From the NCBI GenBank assembly GCA_963664195.1, contig OY760907.1, positions 3,584,001-3,648,000 of the forward strand: 64,000 bases of DNA. The letters run 5' to 3'. Numbering within the stretch: position 1 is the stretch's first letter; every line of letters begins with the position of its first letter. Shown piece by piece: positions 40,970 to 50,868 of this stretch. Under the pieces are notes generated by a model. It searched no databases. It saw only the letters and a program-made list of their open reading frames with translations, and was not told the DNA's origin. Origin of the DNA: an uncultured candidate division Zixibacteria bacterium. GTDB taxonomy: Bacteria > Zixibacteria > MSB-5A5 > GN15 > FEB-12. Position numbers and translations under genes: made by a program.

Positions 40970-41045
40970 GGGTAATCCCCATTTCTAGACGCTTTTTCGG
41001 GAATTATCGGCCTGGAACCGGAATCATTGACTACAGAAGACAAGT

Positions 41046-41172
41046 GAAAGAGAAAAGAATAGGGAGTGGCGGAGGGGGGATGCCCGACTCTAACGTCAGG
41101 TGGCTGGAGGTCCAGCACACACCACTCCCTACATCTTAACGCTATTTTATCGGAAGTAACCTATCGTACTTA
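41046..41172 (-). ncRNA. Candidate sigma54-dependent small RNA or terminating leader
   Basis: Downstream of a -24/-12 promoter; multi-stem fold with G-U pairs only on the minus strand; U-rich tail. Confidence 0.55.
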
Positions 41173-41183
41173 CGACATGACTG

Positions 41184-41199
41184 AGCAACATCTGTGCCA
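41184..41199 (-). promoter_or_regulatory. sigma54 promoter TGGCAC-AGATG-TTGCT
   Basis: Matches TGGCAC-N5-TTGCW in an intergenic region. Confidence 0.75.
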
Positions 41200-41439
41200 C
41201 GAAAGTACAGGCGGGTACATCTAACCACCAACTTCAAATATAGACCATAACACGTTAGCGTGCAAGCCAAAATGCACTATGAACCTGGGGGCAGCCACGA
41301 ACGGACAAACGCTGACGAGAACCAGATGCAACAAAAGTACATAGATTGCGCAGATCATTTCAGCCCCAAACCGGACACTCACCCCCTTCTCGTCTGTCAT
41401 CTTCCGGCGCAATCGCCGCGTCACCTCTTGTGGAATATG

Positions 41440-41470
41440 AAAAGGCCAGCACCACAAAGGATGCCGGCCT
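41440..41470 (-). terminator. Intrinsic terminator after lipoprotein gene
   Basis: AGGCCGGCATCC...GGTGCTGGCCT followed by TTT on the minus strand. Confidence 0.65.
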
Positions 41471-41497
41471 CGATAATCGCTGCGTTTAGCCTCTGAT

Positions 41498-43063
41498 CTA
41501 CAGTCTCTGGAAAATCGCCCGAACACGCGGAAAGCCGCCCGAAGACTGAATACCGCGAGTCCTGTTGGTCATCTCGACGTCGTTGCCATCCCAAGCGTTC
41601 GGCAGAGTCGAAAGGAAGGCAATCAGGGGGAAATTGGTCGTGTCTGTCACCCGGTTGACCGGCTCGATACTGATAAACACCGTACCATACTGTGAGCCAA
41701 ACGGGGCCGGCAGCAGATTGTAGGGTGCCGTGACCAATCCGCCAGTGGCTGCACTGAGTGCAGCGCCATCAAGGAAGTCCTCACCCGGATAGACCGGCTT
41801 ACGATATATCGTGTCGAGGACACCAAGCGTGTCAACTTCGATCCGGTCGATCACTTTCAAAGTGAAAGGATCTCCATCATCGACCGAATCGATGTATTGA
41901 AACGTACCGGTGGTCATGAGACCGCCCAAATCACCTGGAATATCGTTGTTGCTGCCAACTCTGTATACATACGCCGGAGGGGTGAACTCTCCAAGAATGC
42001 CGGGATCAATCTCAAGGGAAGTCACCCACCCCTGATAGTTCCAACCCCAGTCCGCATAAACCGGGAAGTCGAAGCGCTCCTGCGAGAAGATGTCCAGATC
42101 AACCGTATGATCCACAAAGTGATTCTCTGTTACAACCCAAGTAGTGTCAATATGCATGGGGAACTCCCACACCGTGTCAATTGAGACGATGATCCGAAGC
42201 GGGCTTTGCTCAACAACAGTCATGTAGGTGAACGGAGGAGTAGAATCGGGCACGTCCCTCGTATTGACGGTCGCCGAAACGTGCATGATCGTGCTGTCCA
42301 GTCCCAGGGTAAGCGTATCGGAGCCAAAAATCAGCGGGACGGTATCGTAGACAACCCATGCGCTGTCCGGACGCGGCGCATAGAGCGAGTCCAGATTCAG
42401 TGTGTCACCGGTGGCCGGATCAATAATAATGTCGACAGTATCTTCTTCCAGCGCGATACTATACTCGAGCGTATCAACATAAGTATACTGGGCGGATCCA
42501 TATAGCGTAAACCACAGCCCATAACCATCATTGCTGTTGTGGCTGCCGTCAGAGGGTGTCTCCATATTGTAGAATACACCCGCGTCGCCAAGGGCCACGT
42601 CCAGCGGGAAGTCCATCCTGATGGTATCGGTCCTGCCGGTAATCGGCTCGACAAGCATGATGGGGCCCGGGCGATTCGGCTCGGCATCTATCATCTGCTC
42701 CACCGTCACGAAGAGGCCGGAGTATTCGAAAATGTCGTCAGGAAGGACGAACTGATTGCTGTCACCCCTGACCGCGCCGGTTTCATCGAGAAACGCAACG
42801 AGAGAATCGTCGGCAACATAAGAGAAACGGCCGAGAGATACCAATTCATTGTCGGGAATGTTATTCCCGGTCACGGTGTTTTTCGCCACCCATAGTTCGT
42901 AAATCATATCCGCCGGCGGACTGGGCAGCCGTTCGGCGCTCAACCAGACGTTGGTGAGAGATTTCGAAGCGGTGATGTCATCGGTCTGACTGCAACCCCA
43001 GGTAAGGATCATGAGACCAAGAGCCAGAATGAGAAACAAAAAGCGATTATCAGGTTTTGGCAT
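41498..43063 (-). CDS. Lipoprotein with two RskA-C-like ('anti-sigma factor') beta domains and a D-S/T-rich insert
   Basis: Lipobox TWGC; YELW...SLGRF...FVTVE and WNYQGWV...TTGTF...PGEDFL...FISIEP motifs (family recalled, not searched). Confidence 0.7.
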   Translation of the reverse strand: MPKPDNRFLFLILALGLMILTWGCSQTDDITASKSLTNVWLSAERLPSPPADMIYELWVAKNTVTGNNIPDNELVSLGRFSYVADDSLVAFLDETGAVRGDSNQFVLPDDIFEYSGLFVTVEQMIDAEPNRPGPIMLVEPITGRTDTIRMDFPLDVALGDAGVFYNMETPSDGSHNSNDGYGLWFTLYGSAQYTYVDTLEYSIALEEDTVDIIIDPATGDTLNLDSLYAPRPDSAWVVYDTVPLIFGSDTLTLGLDSTIMHVSATVNTRDVPDSTPPFTYMTVVEQSPLRIIVSIDTVWEFPMHIDTTWVVTENHFVDHTVDLDIFSQERFDFPVYADWGWNYQGWVTSLEIDPGILGEFTPPAYVYRVGSNNDIPGDLGGLMTTGTFQYIDSVDDGDPFTLKVIDRIEVDTLGVLDTIYRKPVYPGEDFLDGAALSAATGGLVTAPYNLLPAPFGSQYGTVFISIEPVNRVTDTTNFPLIAFLSTLPNAWDGNDVEMTNRTRGIQSSGGFPRVRAIFQRL

Positions 43064-43126
43064 GTGTATTTCTTCCTCCGGGGAGCGACCCCACAAACAT
43101 TCTCTCCAGCAAACAGGTAAGTGACA

Positions 43127-43156
43127 ATTATAGGCAAGGAGCCGACCATCTGTCAA
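43127..43156 (-). promoter_or_regulatory. sigma70 promoter TTGACA-18-TATAAT
   Basis: Consensus hexamers upstream of ATG 43063. Confidence 0.75.
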
Positions 43157-43287
43157 GCCAGAATTTGGAGAGTGCCTTCCGTATCCACCATCTCTCCTAA
43201 TAGACGGCTTAGTCCCGGCATTAATTTAAAGATTTCCGGCATGGCGGACGATAACTAAAGGAAGCATCGTAAACCTCGTCAGGAAGA

Positions 43288-45504
43288 GTGATCTTGAAAG
43301 ATAGCCCTAACGACACGGAAAGAGAACAACTGAACGACCCCGAGCCGAACCGACTGCCTGTCGATCCGGAAGACACTCCGAGAACCGAAAGTGATGATCG
43401 GAGCGATCTTGACTTCGTGGTTACAGAAACCGAGCCGAACGAAACGGAACTCGTTGGTGGATACGGACCTACGGTAGACACCCAGGACGATCTGGGAATC
43501 GAGTCCAACGCCGATTTATTGGAAAAAGAAGTTGTTTCCGGAGCACGTGAGCAACATCTGGACCTGTCTGATGAGCCAGATGAGTTCATCGAGGATGCCG
43601 GCCCCATGCCGGAACCGTTCGACAGTCAGGTCATTCCTACGTGTGACGATTCCGTCATTGAACCGTCTGAAGACCGTCTGACTCCGCCAACTTCGCCTGA
43701 CAGCATAGAAAAACTCTCTGATGACCGAATACGCGAATTGTCCGAAAAGATGCGTGGTTCGGACGGTTCACCGGCCTACTTGACCGAAGAAGAGAAGGCT
43801 AGTCTGCTGAATAACCTCGGCAGCGTTGGCAGCACTGCTCCCCAACAGGAGGCAGAACGCTCCATGGGCTTCGACAACTCTCCGATCATTCCGCCGAAGA
43901 AAGCGGCGGCGGAGGCCGCAAAACGTGAGGAGCATGCTCTTGCGACACCGCAATCCGAACAAGTTTTTCAGCCGATGAACCAATTCGACGAGGCACCGGT
44001 AAAACCGAAATCCGCCGGCCGTGTCCGGGGTGTAGCCTTCTTCTACCGCAACTACATTCAGATCACTGGCGATCAGGACTTGCACGCCGAAGATGAGATC
44101 AACATCAACGGTCGTGACTATCTCCTGCGTAAGAAGAACCTCAGCAACAAGCTGATACTCTCGATTGTAGTGCCTTTCGCAGCTCTATTAGTGTTTACCA
44201 TCGGGGCCTGGCTATCTTCGGACGCAAACCGCGGCGAAGGGAAGATCGTAGGCGTAGTGCTCGACGATTACGCGCAGCCGTATATCAGTGGTGCCACGGT
44301 CAGATTCCCTGACCTGGGCAAATCGTACCAGACCGACGGTCAGGGGTTTTTCCAGACTGACGGCCTTCCGTCCGGGACTCAGAAGATCGAGTATGTCGTT
44401 GCCGGCACGCTAGTCGGTTCCGAGTACGCAACCGTCGCCAGAGGAAAGATCACCACCCTTACGATTCTGCCGGACGAACCCGAAGACGAAGAGCCACCGG
44501 TGGAAGTCTCTCAAGTGACGACACCATCCTCCCCGGCTCCGCCTGAGAAGAAGACGTCTGCGCCGGTGGTCGACAAGCCAGCCAAAAAACAGGCTGAAAA
44601 GCCCAAGACTGATACGAACGCCCCCCGCTTCGCAAAACTCACGCTTGCAGCCAATGTCGAAGGCGCTAAACTCCAACTTGACAAGTGGATCGCAGGAGCG
44701 GGCAACCTGACATACACGAAAGTGAACCCGGGCAAACGGAAATACACGGTATCCAAAGAAGGCTACCACACGGCTACGGGGACCATCAATCTGAGAGCGG
44801 GCCAATCGCGTACGCTGGAGGTTAATCTTGAGCCAATCGAAGTGGTGCGGGCGCCCGACCCGCATCCAGAAGTTGACTACTATGAGGCAGGTCTCGCAAG
44901 CAATGAGAGCCAGGCCTATCAGAGCGCAATTGCGAACCTGAACGAAGCCATCAAATTGTCACCACAATATGCCCAGGCCTATCTTGAGCGTGCCCGTGCA
45001 CACCAGGGATTGCTCGATTCCCGTTCGGCATACGCTGATCTCATCAAAGCCGGCGCGCTGCTCAAGGAACAGGGGTATTTCAGCGATGCCGTTACTGCCT
45101 TCAATGAAGCGATAGTGCTAGACGACAATTCGGTGGATGCCTATCTCGGCCGCGGAGATATCTACCTCGTGCGTGGAGAGGAAATCGCCGCTATCGCTGA
45201 CTATGATATGGTAGTGAGACTCGACAAGCGCAACCTGAGGGCATACATGGGTCTGGGCCAGGCAAGATACAACCAGGGGTACTTCAAAAAAGCGATCGAT
45301 CGATTTAAAGACGCCCGCTCTCTGGCTCCCGAGGATCCGCAGGTGCATCGTCATCTGATGCTTGCGTACCAGGCCAGAGGGGACGAGAAACAGGTCAAAA
45401 AGAGCTACGAGAAATACCTTAAATATGCTTCTGACAGTGATGCCAGGAGACTGCAGTCCGACCCAAAGTTTGCTGATGTCATGAGTATCGTATCGGAGCA
45501 ATGA
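43288..45504 (+). CDS. Single-pass membrane protein: acidic N-terminus, carboxypeptidase-regulatory-like, PEGA and TPR domains
   Basis: TM near aa 290; GKIVGVVLD...PYISGATV; PG...YTVSKEGY; AY..RG TPR repeats. Start uncertain. Confidence 0.8.
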   Translation: MILKDSPNDTEREQLNDPEPNRLPVDPEDTPRTESDDRSDLDFVVTETEPNETELVGGYGPTVDTQDDLGIESNADLLEKEVVSGAREQHLDLSDEPDEFIEDAGPMPEPFDSQVIPTCDDSVIEPSEDRLTPPTSPDSIEKLSDDRIRELSEKMRGSDGSPAYLTEEEKASLLNNLGSVGSTAPQQEAERSMGFDNSPIIPPKKAAAEAAKREEHALATPQSEQVFQPMNQFDEAPVKPKSAGRVRGVAFFYRNYIQITGDQDLHAEDEININGRDYLLRKKNLSNKLILSIVVPFAALLVFTIGAWLSSDANRGEGKIVGVVLDDYAQPYISGATVRFPDLGKSYQTDGQGFFQTDGLPSGTQKIEYVVAGTLVGSEYATVARGKITTLTILPDEPEDEEPPVEVSQVTTPSSPAPPEKKTSAPVVDKPAKKQAEKPKTDTNAPRFAKLTLAANVEGAKLQLDKWIAGAGNLTYTKVNPGKRKYTVSKEGYHTATGTINLRAGQSRTLEVNLEPIEVVRAPDPHPEVDYYEAGLASNESQAYQSAIANLNEAIKLSPQYAQAYLERARAHQGLLDSRSAYADLIKAGALLKEQGYFSDAVTAFNEAIVLDDNSVDAYLGRGDIYLVRGEEIAAIADYDMVVRLDKRNLRAYMGLGQARYNQGYFKKAIDRFKDARSLAPEDPQVHRHLMLAYQARGDEKQVKKSYEKYLKYASDSDARRLQSDPKFADVMSIVSEQ

Positions 45505-45519
45505 AAGGAGCCCGTCGCC

Positions 45520-45810
45520 GTGAGTCCGAAACTCAATTGCTGGGAGTTTAAGAATTGTGGACGGGAAAAGGGCGGACTAATGGCTAGAGAGCTGGGGGAA
45601 TGTCCTGTTGCCTCGGCGATGAGCCGTGACGGCCTGAACGACGGCATAGCCGCAGGGCGGTCCTGCTGGACGGTCAACGGGACCGGGCATCGTTTCAGCA
45701 GACTGGAGAAAGTGGAGGTCAACTCCTGCCACGTCTGCGCGTTCTACAAGCGCGTAATCAACGAAGAAAAACACGCAGCCTGTTTTAGGTTCGCTACCGC
45801 ACAAAGCTGA
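45520..45810 (+). CDS. Small Cys-rich two-CW-type domain protein
   Basis: NCWEFKNCGRE...CPV...DGLNDG.AAGRSCW...CHVCAFY; AAGGAG RBS. Confidence 0.8.
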   Translation: MSPKLNCWEFKNCGREKGGLMARELGECPVASAMSRDGLNDGIAAGRSCWTVNGTGHRFSRLEKVEVNSCHVCAFYKRVINEEKHAACFRFATAQS

Positions 45811-45877
45811 CTCTGACAACAGCCGAATCGTGTCTCGCGCCGACTATGTTGCCGGGCGATTCAAGCCTCAAAATCGG

Positions 45878-45906
45878 TTGCCCCACGCGAGGTTAATTGC
45901 TATTAT
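45878..45906 (+). promoter_or_regulatory. sigma70 promoter TTGCCC-17-(TG-c)TATTAT
   Basis: Extended -10 upstream of the S9 peptidase gene. Confidence 0.55.
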
Positions 45907-45960
45907 CGGCTCATCATATCACGACAAGAACACCGCAGGATTCTGTTCAGGAGGATACTC

Positions 45961-47910
45961 ATGAGTCTAAAGAAATCGTTGCACGTCGCTTTTTTGACAT
46001 TCGCACTGCTCGGTTTGTCAATCGCCGCCGTAGGACAGACCGGGGATGCCCCTGAGAGTCTCCTCGATGCCGGCCGGTACATTCCCGATATAGCGACCTT
46101 CATGCAGATAGGCGCCAACATCGCATCGGGATACACCTGGGACGGCGAGACAGTGTTCTTCAACTCGCGTGCTTCCGGCGCCAGTCAGGTCTATCGTCTT
46201 ACCAGGACGGGCTGGCCGTACCAGTTGACCACCTTTGAAGATGGTGTAGACTTCTTTGCCCTTTCCTGGGGGGGCGACAAAGGTATCGTGGGAGCCTCTG
46301 TAGGAGGCAGCGAGCAATCCCAGTTGTTTCTCGTGGACACCAGGACCGGACGTTCGCACCAACTAACGCCGGGCGGAGAGGTTCGCTACGGCGGCGCAGT
46401 CTGGGCTAACGATGACCGCTCAATCTTCTACTCGTCCAACGAGGAAAACCTGCGCGACTTCGACATCTTCCAGATGGACCTGCTGACCGGAGAGTCGCAC
46501 AAGGTGTTTGGCAACGCCGAAGAGCTGAACGGCTCCAAATGGATTGCCGACATGTCGCAGGACGGCACCAAACTGATCGTCATGCGCTACAATTCCAACG
46601 TCGACCAGGAACTCTTCCTCGTTGATATTGCCACTGGCGAATATGAGAATCTCACTCACGACGAGACGGACGTCATCTATGACTATCCCATCCTCATGCC
46701 GGACAACAAGACCGTCTGGCTGCTCTGCAACGCAAACGAGGCCGGTTCGACCCGTCTGGCCAAATTGCGTGTCGGCTCGTCGGAAGTGGAATTCGTTGAA
46801 GACGGATGGGTCGACCCGCGGTGGGAAATCGACGCCTTCGGCATGTCGCGCGACTTCAAGTACATGTATGTCACCGTCAACGAAGACGGCTACATGCGTC
46901 TCAAACTCAGAGAAGTCGAGTCCAAACGCAATCTGCCGTCTCCCCCGCTTGACGGTCAACTCGGAGCCGCTTCCTTCGACAAGAACGGCGCCTGTGTTTT
47001 CTCATTCAACGGCCCGACACGCGCCCCCGACGTCTGGCGCTGGAATCCGGAGACTGAAGAGCTAACTCAGTTGACGTTCTCAATGTATGCCGGAATAGAC
47101 CGTGAAGTCTTCTCCGAACCGGAGTTGGTGCGTTTCAAGAGTTTCGATGATCTTGAAATCCCGGCCTTCCTCTATCTTCCTCCGAATTATCAGAAAGGCG
47201 AGGCGATCCCGTTCGTAATCGATGCTCACGGCGGACCGGAGTCACAATTCACGCCGGTGTTTATTCGCAATATTCAGTACCTGATTCTCAACGGATACGG
47301 CGTCCTTGCGGTGAACCCGCGCGGTTCCTCCGGCTACGGGCGGGAGTACCTAAATCTTGACAATTACAAACTCCGCAAGAATTCTCTGAAGGATTACAAA
47401 GCTGCCGCAGACTGGCTGGTAGCCGAAGGCTATACTGCTCCCGGCATGATGGGTATTCGAGGGGGGTCCTACGGCGGCTATGTCGTACTGGGCATGATCA
47501 CGGAGTATCCTGAGCTGTTCTCAGCGGCCATAGACGTTGTTGGTATCGCCAACTTCAAGACCTTCCTGGAAAACACTCGCTCGTACCGTCGCCACCTCCG
47601 TGAAGCAGAATACGGCCCGCTTTCTGACCCCGAGTTCCTGGACTCGATTTCTCCGATCCACAAGGCCAATCTGATCAAAACGCCGTTGCTGGTTGTCCAC
47701 GGCGTCAACGACCCGAGGGTGCCCATCGGTGAAGCTCGTCAGATCATCCAGGCAGTCCAGGACAATCAGGGCATCGTCGACTCCCTCATTTTCCAGGACG
47801 AAGGTCACGGCAGTGGCAAGACGGCCAATGTCATTCTGGAATATCGCACTCAAATATCCTTCCTCGATACACATCTGAAGAGCATTGAGGTCCCGAAAAC
47901 CGAAGAATAG
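45961..47910 (+). CDS. S9-family (acylaminoacyl/prolyl oligopeptidase-like) peptidase
   Basis: Signal peptide, propeller domain, HGGP, GGSYGG, HGVNDPRV, DEGHG. Confidence 0.93.
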   Translation: MSLKKSLHVAFLTFALLGLSIAAVGQTGDAPESLLDAGRYIPDIATFMQIGANIASGYTWDGETVFFNSRASGASQVYRLTRTGWPYQLTTFEDGVDFFALSWGGDKGIVGASVGGSEQSQLFLVDTRTGRSHQLTPGGEVRYGGAVWANDDRSIFYSSNEENLRDFDIFQMDLLTGESHKVFGNAEELNGSKWIADMSQDGTKLIVMRYNSNVDQELFLVDIATGEYENLTHDETDVIYDYPILMPDNKTVWLLCNANEAGSTRLAKLRVGSSEVEFVEDGWVDPRWEIDAFGMSRDFKYMYVTVNEDGYMRLKLREVESKRNLPSPPLDGQLGAASFDKNGACVFSFNGPTRAPDVWRWNPETEELTQLTFSMYAGIDREVFSEPELVRFKSFDDLEIPAFLYLPPNYQKGEAIPFVIDAHGGPESQFTPVFIRNIQYLILNGYGVLAVNPRGSSGYGREYLNLDNYKLRKNSLKDYKAAADWLVAEGYTAPGMMGIRGGSYGGYVVLGMITEYPELFSAAIDVVGIANFKTFLENTRSYRRHLREAEYGPLSDPEFLDSISPIHKANLIKTPLLVVHGVNDPRVPIGEARQIIQAVQDNQGIVDSLIFQDEGHGSGKTANVILEYRTQISFLDTHLKSIEVPKTEE

Positions 47911-47940
47911 ATTCTCCTCAATAGAATCATACCCAGTTGC

Positions 47941-47979
47941 AGACGGCCGGATGATCTTTCATCCGGCCGTCTCAGTTTT
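47941..47979 (+). terminator. Terminator hairpin between convergent genes
   Basis: 14-bp AGACGGCCGGATGA/TCATCCGGCCGTCT followed by CAGTTTT. Confidence 0.75.
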
Positions 47980-48001
47980 GTGCTACTTTGAATTCGCGCT
48001 T

Positions 48002-49116
48002 TCAGGCGAGTATTTCCAGCAAAGCATCAGCGCAACAGACCACATCCTTATCGCTCAGCCCAACATGCAGAGGAAGAGCCATGCCGTAACGATCCAGACG
48101 TTCACTCACAGGCAGCGACACCCAGCCAGCCCGCTTGGCATAGAGATCGAGCGAGTGGGCATCGACCGAACCGATGCCGGCCTGCACGCCGAAATCGTCT
48201 CTCAGTCGGTCAATGACCCTGGTACGATCCGCCTCTCGGAGCACTACCATGAACGTTTGCCAGGTGTGCGCATCATGCCACTCAGGTAATTCCAGCGCGA
48301 GGCATCCGGCCAATCGATCAAGATACAGACGCGCGATGTCCCTGCGTCGCTCAAGCAATCTCTTCAGCTTGCCCATCTGCACTCCCCCCAGTGCCCCCTG
48401 CATCTCTGTCATGCGATAGTTGAGACCGGCAAACGCAAACTCGAATCCGGCGGTTTGACCGTGATTACGACCGGCACGGCATGCCGCAGCGAGGTTGTCA
48501 TCATCGGTAACGATCATCCCCCCCTCACCGGTTGTGATCGATTTTCTTGGATGGAAGCTGTATATGCCCAGACGTCCGGAACACCCCGCCATAACACCGC
48601 TTCGGACTGCGCCAAGGGCACAGGCGGCATCTTCAACAACTTCCATATCATGGGCACCAGCGATCCCAAGAATGCGCTCCAGATCGCAGGGCAGGCCGAA
48701 CTGGTGTACCGGCACTACCAGTCGAAGACGCCCCAGATTGCGCCCTACGGCCATCCTGATGCGTTCTTCAAGTGATTCAGGATTGATGTTGTACGTCCCG
48801 GGATAGACGTCCACAAGCACCGGCAGTGCCCCCATCACACAAGCCACATTGGCTGCCGACGGCCATGCGAACGACGGCACAAATACAAGATCGCCACGCT
48901 CCAATCCAATCGCCTGATAGGCCACGTGGAGGGCAGCAGTTCCCGACGACACTGCACCGCATGGCGAGCCCCGGTCAAATCCCGGATATTCCCCTCAAAT
49001 TGAGCGACTTGATCGCTCTGTACCAGTTGTCCGCTCAGCAGAACGCGGCGAACGACCTCGATTTCTTCCTCTCCGAAATCCGGACATGCCAGCCGATACT
49101 TGATTTCGCGTATCAC
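48002..49116 (-). pseudogene. DegT/DnrJ/EryC1/StrS sugar aminotransferase with a 1-nt frameshift near 48955
   Basis: N-part PDFGEEEI...VAQFE...ARHAV is in one frame; VSSGTAALH, EDAACALG, SFHPRK.ITTGEGG are in another. Confidence 0.85.
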
Positions 49117-49142
49117 CTTGCCACCACTAATCGAGTTGCACG

Positions 49143-49175
49143 AAAAAGCGGGACTCAAGCTTTCGTGAGTCCCGC
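49143..49175 (-). terminator. Intrinsic terminator after SPOR gene
   Basis: GCGGGACTCA/TGAGTCCCGC followed by T5 on the minus strand. Confidence 0.8.
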
Positions 49176-49213
49176 ATGCTTTCCAGAACAAAACCAGTCG
49201 TGTTCGAATACTG

Positions 49214-49693
49214 TTAAAGCAGGTCAATCCAAGGGTTGAGGGAGTATTTGTCCATCAGCTCACTCTTAAGCTGTGCCGCCTCACCGAGGGTGCCAAAACT
49301 TCCTATCCGCACCCGGTAGAATTCCTGTCCTCCAACCTCCGCCCGAGTCACAAAAGCATCGTAGCCGCGCTTAGAATACACTCCAATAAGGTGCCTGGCG
49401 TAACCGGAATCCTCACAGGAGGCAATCTGCACAGTGTATCCGTTTCCCTCTGGCGCTGTCGGCAGCGGTTCGACCTGCGGTTCTTCCTCTTCAGGTACGG
49501 CAGCTACATCGACAACCGGTTCCCTGACAGTATCAGTTTCCTCTACGATCCCTTCCCCAACCGCTTTGGAACCGTCAGACTCAAGCGCCTTCATCTCTTC
49601 CTCGAGCTTTTCCGCTTCTTTCTGCTTGTCTGAACACCCGGCCAAAAGGGCAACCAACGTTCCGAGTATCAACAATATTCTCAACGATCTCAT
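49214..49693 (-). CDS. SPOR-domain lipoprotein
   Basis: Lipobox LAGC; YTVQIAS...YRVRIGSF. Confidence 0.88.
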   Translation of the reverse strand: MRSLRILLILGTLVALLAGCSDKQKEAEKLEEEMKALESDGSKAVGEGIVEETDTVREPVVDVAAVPEEEEPQVEPLPTAPEGNGYTVQIASCEDSGYARHLIGVYSKRGYDAFVTRAEVGGQEFYRVRIGSFGTLGEAAQLKSELMDKYSLNPWIDLL

Positions 49694-49878
49694 ATTCCCT
49701 CCGGAAACAGAATCTCCCCTCTCGCACTGCGAGCCCTTACAATCGTCCTTATTCGTTACGCGCACCATATAATCGGCGTCTCAGAACCTTGTCAACTTAA
49801 AAGAGTCGGTCTTCAGGCAATTAAGGCCTTGAAAACGGTCCATCAATTGTATAACATTTGGCACTTAAAGGAACACAC

Positions 49879-50868
49879 ATGCAAACATACGACAACATAC
49901 TCGATCTCGTAGGAAATACGCCCCTCGTGCGGCTTCGGACGGGCCTCCCCGCCGATGGACCGCAGGCCTTCGTCAAGCTTGAGGCCACAAACCCGACCGG
50001 TTCCATCAAGGATCGCATGGTTCTCCATGTCGTCCGGAAGGCGATGTCCGAGGGCAAGATCAAACCGGGTGACACCATCATCGACAACACCTCGGGCAAT
50101 ACCGGATCGGCGATGGGCATGGTCGCAAGCGTTCTCGGACTGAAAGCAATCATTACCACACCTGAGAAGACTTCCAAAGAAAAAGTAGATCTAATCAGGT
50201 CCTACGGAGTTGAAGTGATTGTCACTCCAACCGAGGCGGCTCACGATGACCCCGCCGGATGTTACGAACTGGCACGGCGCCTTGCGAAAGAGCACGGCTA
50301 TTTCGACGTCGATCAATACAATAGCCAGGACAACGTTGAAGCCTACTACCTCGGTCTCGGACCGGAGATATGGGAACAGACCGAGGGCAAAATCACCCAT
50401 TTCGTGTGCGGTATCGGCACCGGGGGAACATTCTCCGGAGCGGCCCGATTTTTCAAGGAGAAGAATCCCGCGATCAAGACTATCGCCGTTGATCCCGAAG
50501 GTTCGGTATTCACTGATTACATTCGCGATCACCGGGTGGTCGAGGGGCACGCATACAAAGTCGAAGGCATAGGCTCCGACGTTCTCACTGACGCTCTTCA
50601 TCCGCATCTGGTGGATGAGGTCATCTCGGTATCGGACGAAGCCTCGTTTAATCGGGCGCGGCTCATTTCGCGCAAGGAAGGCATCTCCTGCGGCGGGTCT
50701 TCGGGAACTGTAGCGATAGCCATTGAACAGGTTGCCAGGGGAGTGGACAGCGATGCAATAATCGTGGGCATTTTCGCCGATGCCGGCATCAGGTACTTGA
50801 GCAAGTGCTATAATGATAATTGGATGCGAAAGCAGGGATTCCTGCCGACAAATGAGGGAGCATTTTGA
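49879..50868 (+). CDS. Cysteine synthase / cystathionine beta-synthase family PLP enzyme
   Basis: GNTPLV, NPTGSIKDR, TSGNTG, GIGTGGT, EGIG. Confidence 0.92.
   Translation: MQTYDNILDLVGNTPLVRLRTGLPADGPQAFVKLEATNPTGSIKDRMVLHVVRKAMSEGKIKPGDTIIDNTSGNTGSAMGMVASVLGLKAIITTPEKTSKEKVDLIRSYGVEVIVTPTEAAHDDPAGCYELARRLAKEHGYFDVDQYNSQDNVEAYYLGLGPEIWEQTEGKITHFVCGIGTGGTFSGAARFFKEKNPAIKTIAVDPEGSVFTDYIRDHRVVEGHAYKVEGIGSDVLTDALHPHLVDEVISVSDEASFNRARLISRKEGISCGGSSGTVAIAIEQVARGVDSDAIIVGIFADAGIRYLSKCYNDNWMRKQGFLPTNEGAF

Noticed and set aside
41046..41172. tRNA or tRNA-Sec for the multi-stem RNA
   Set aside because: No T-loop GTTCRA, no D-loop pattern and no CCA; it ends in a U-rich tail.
41221..41526. Short ORFs (101 aa minus, 78 aa plus) in the 41.2-41.5 kb gap
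   Set aside because: No RBS or motifs; they overlap terminator and enhancer-like sequence.
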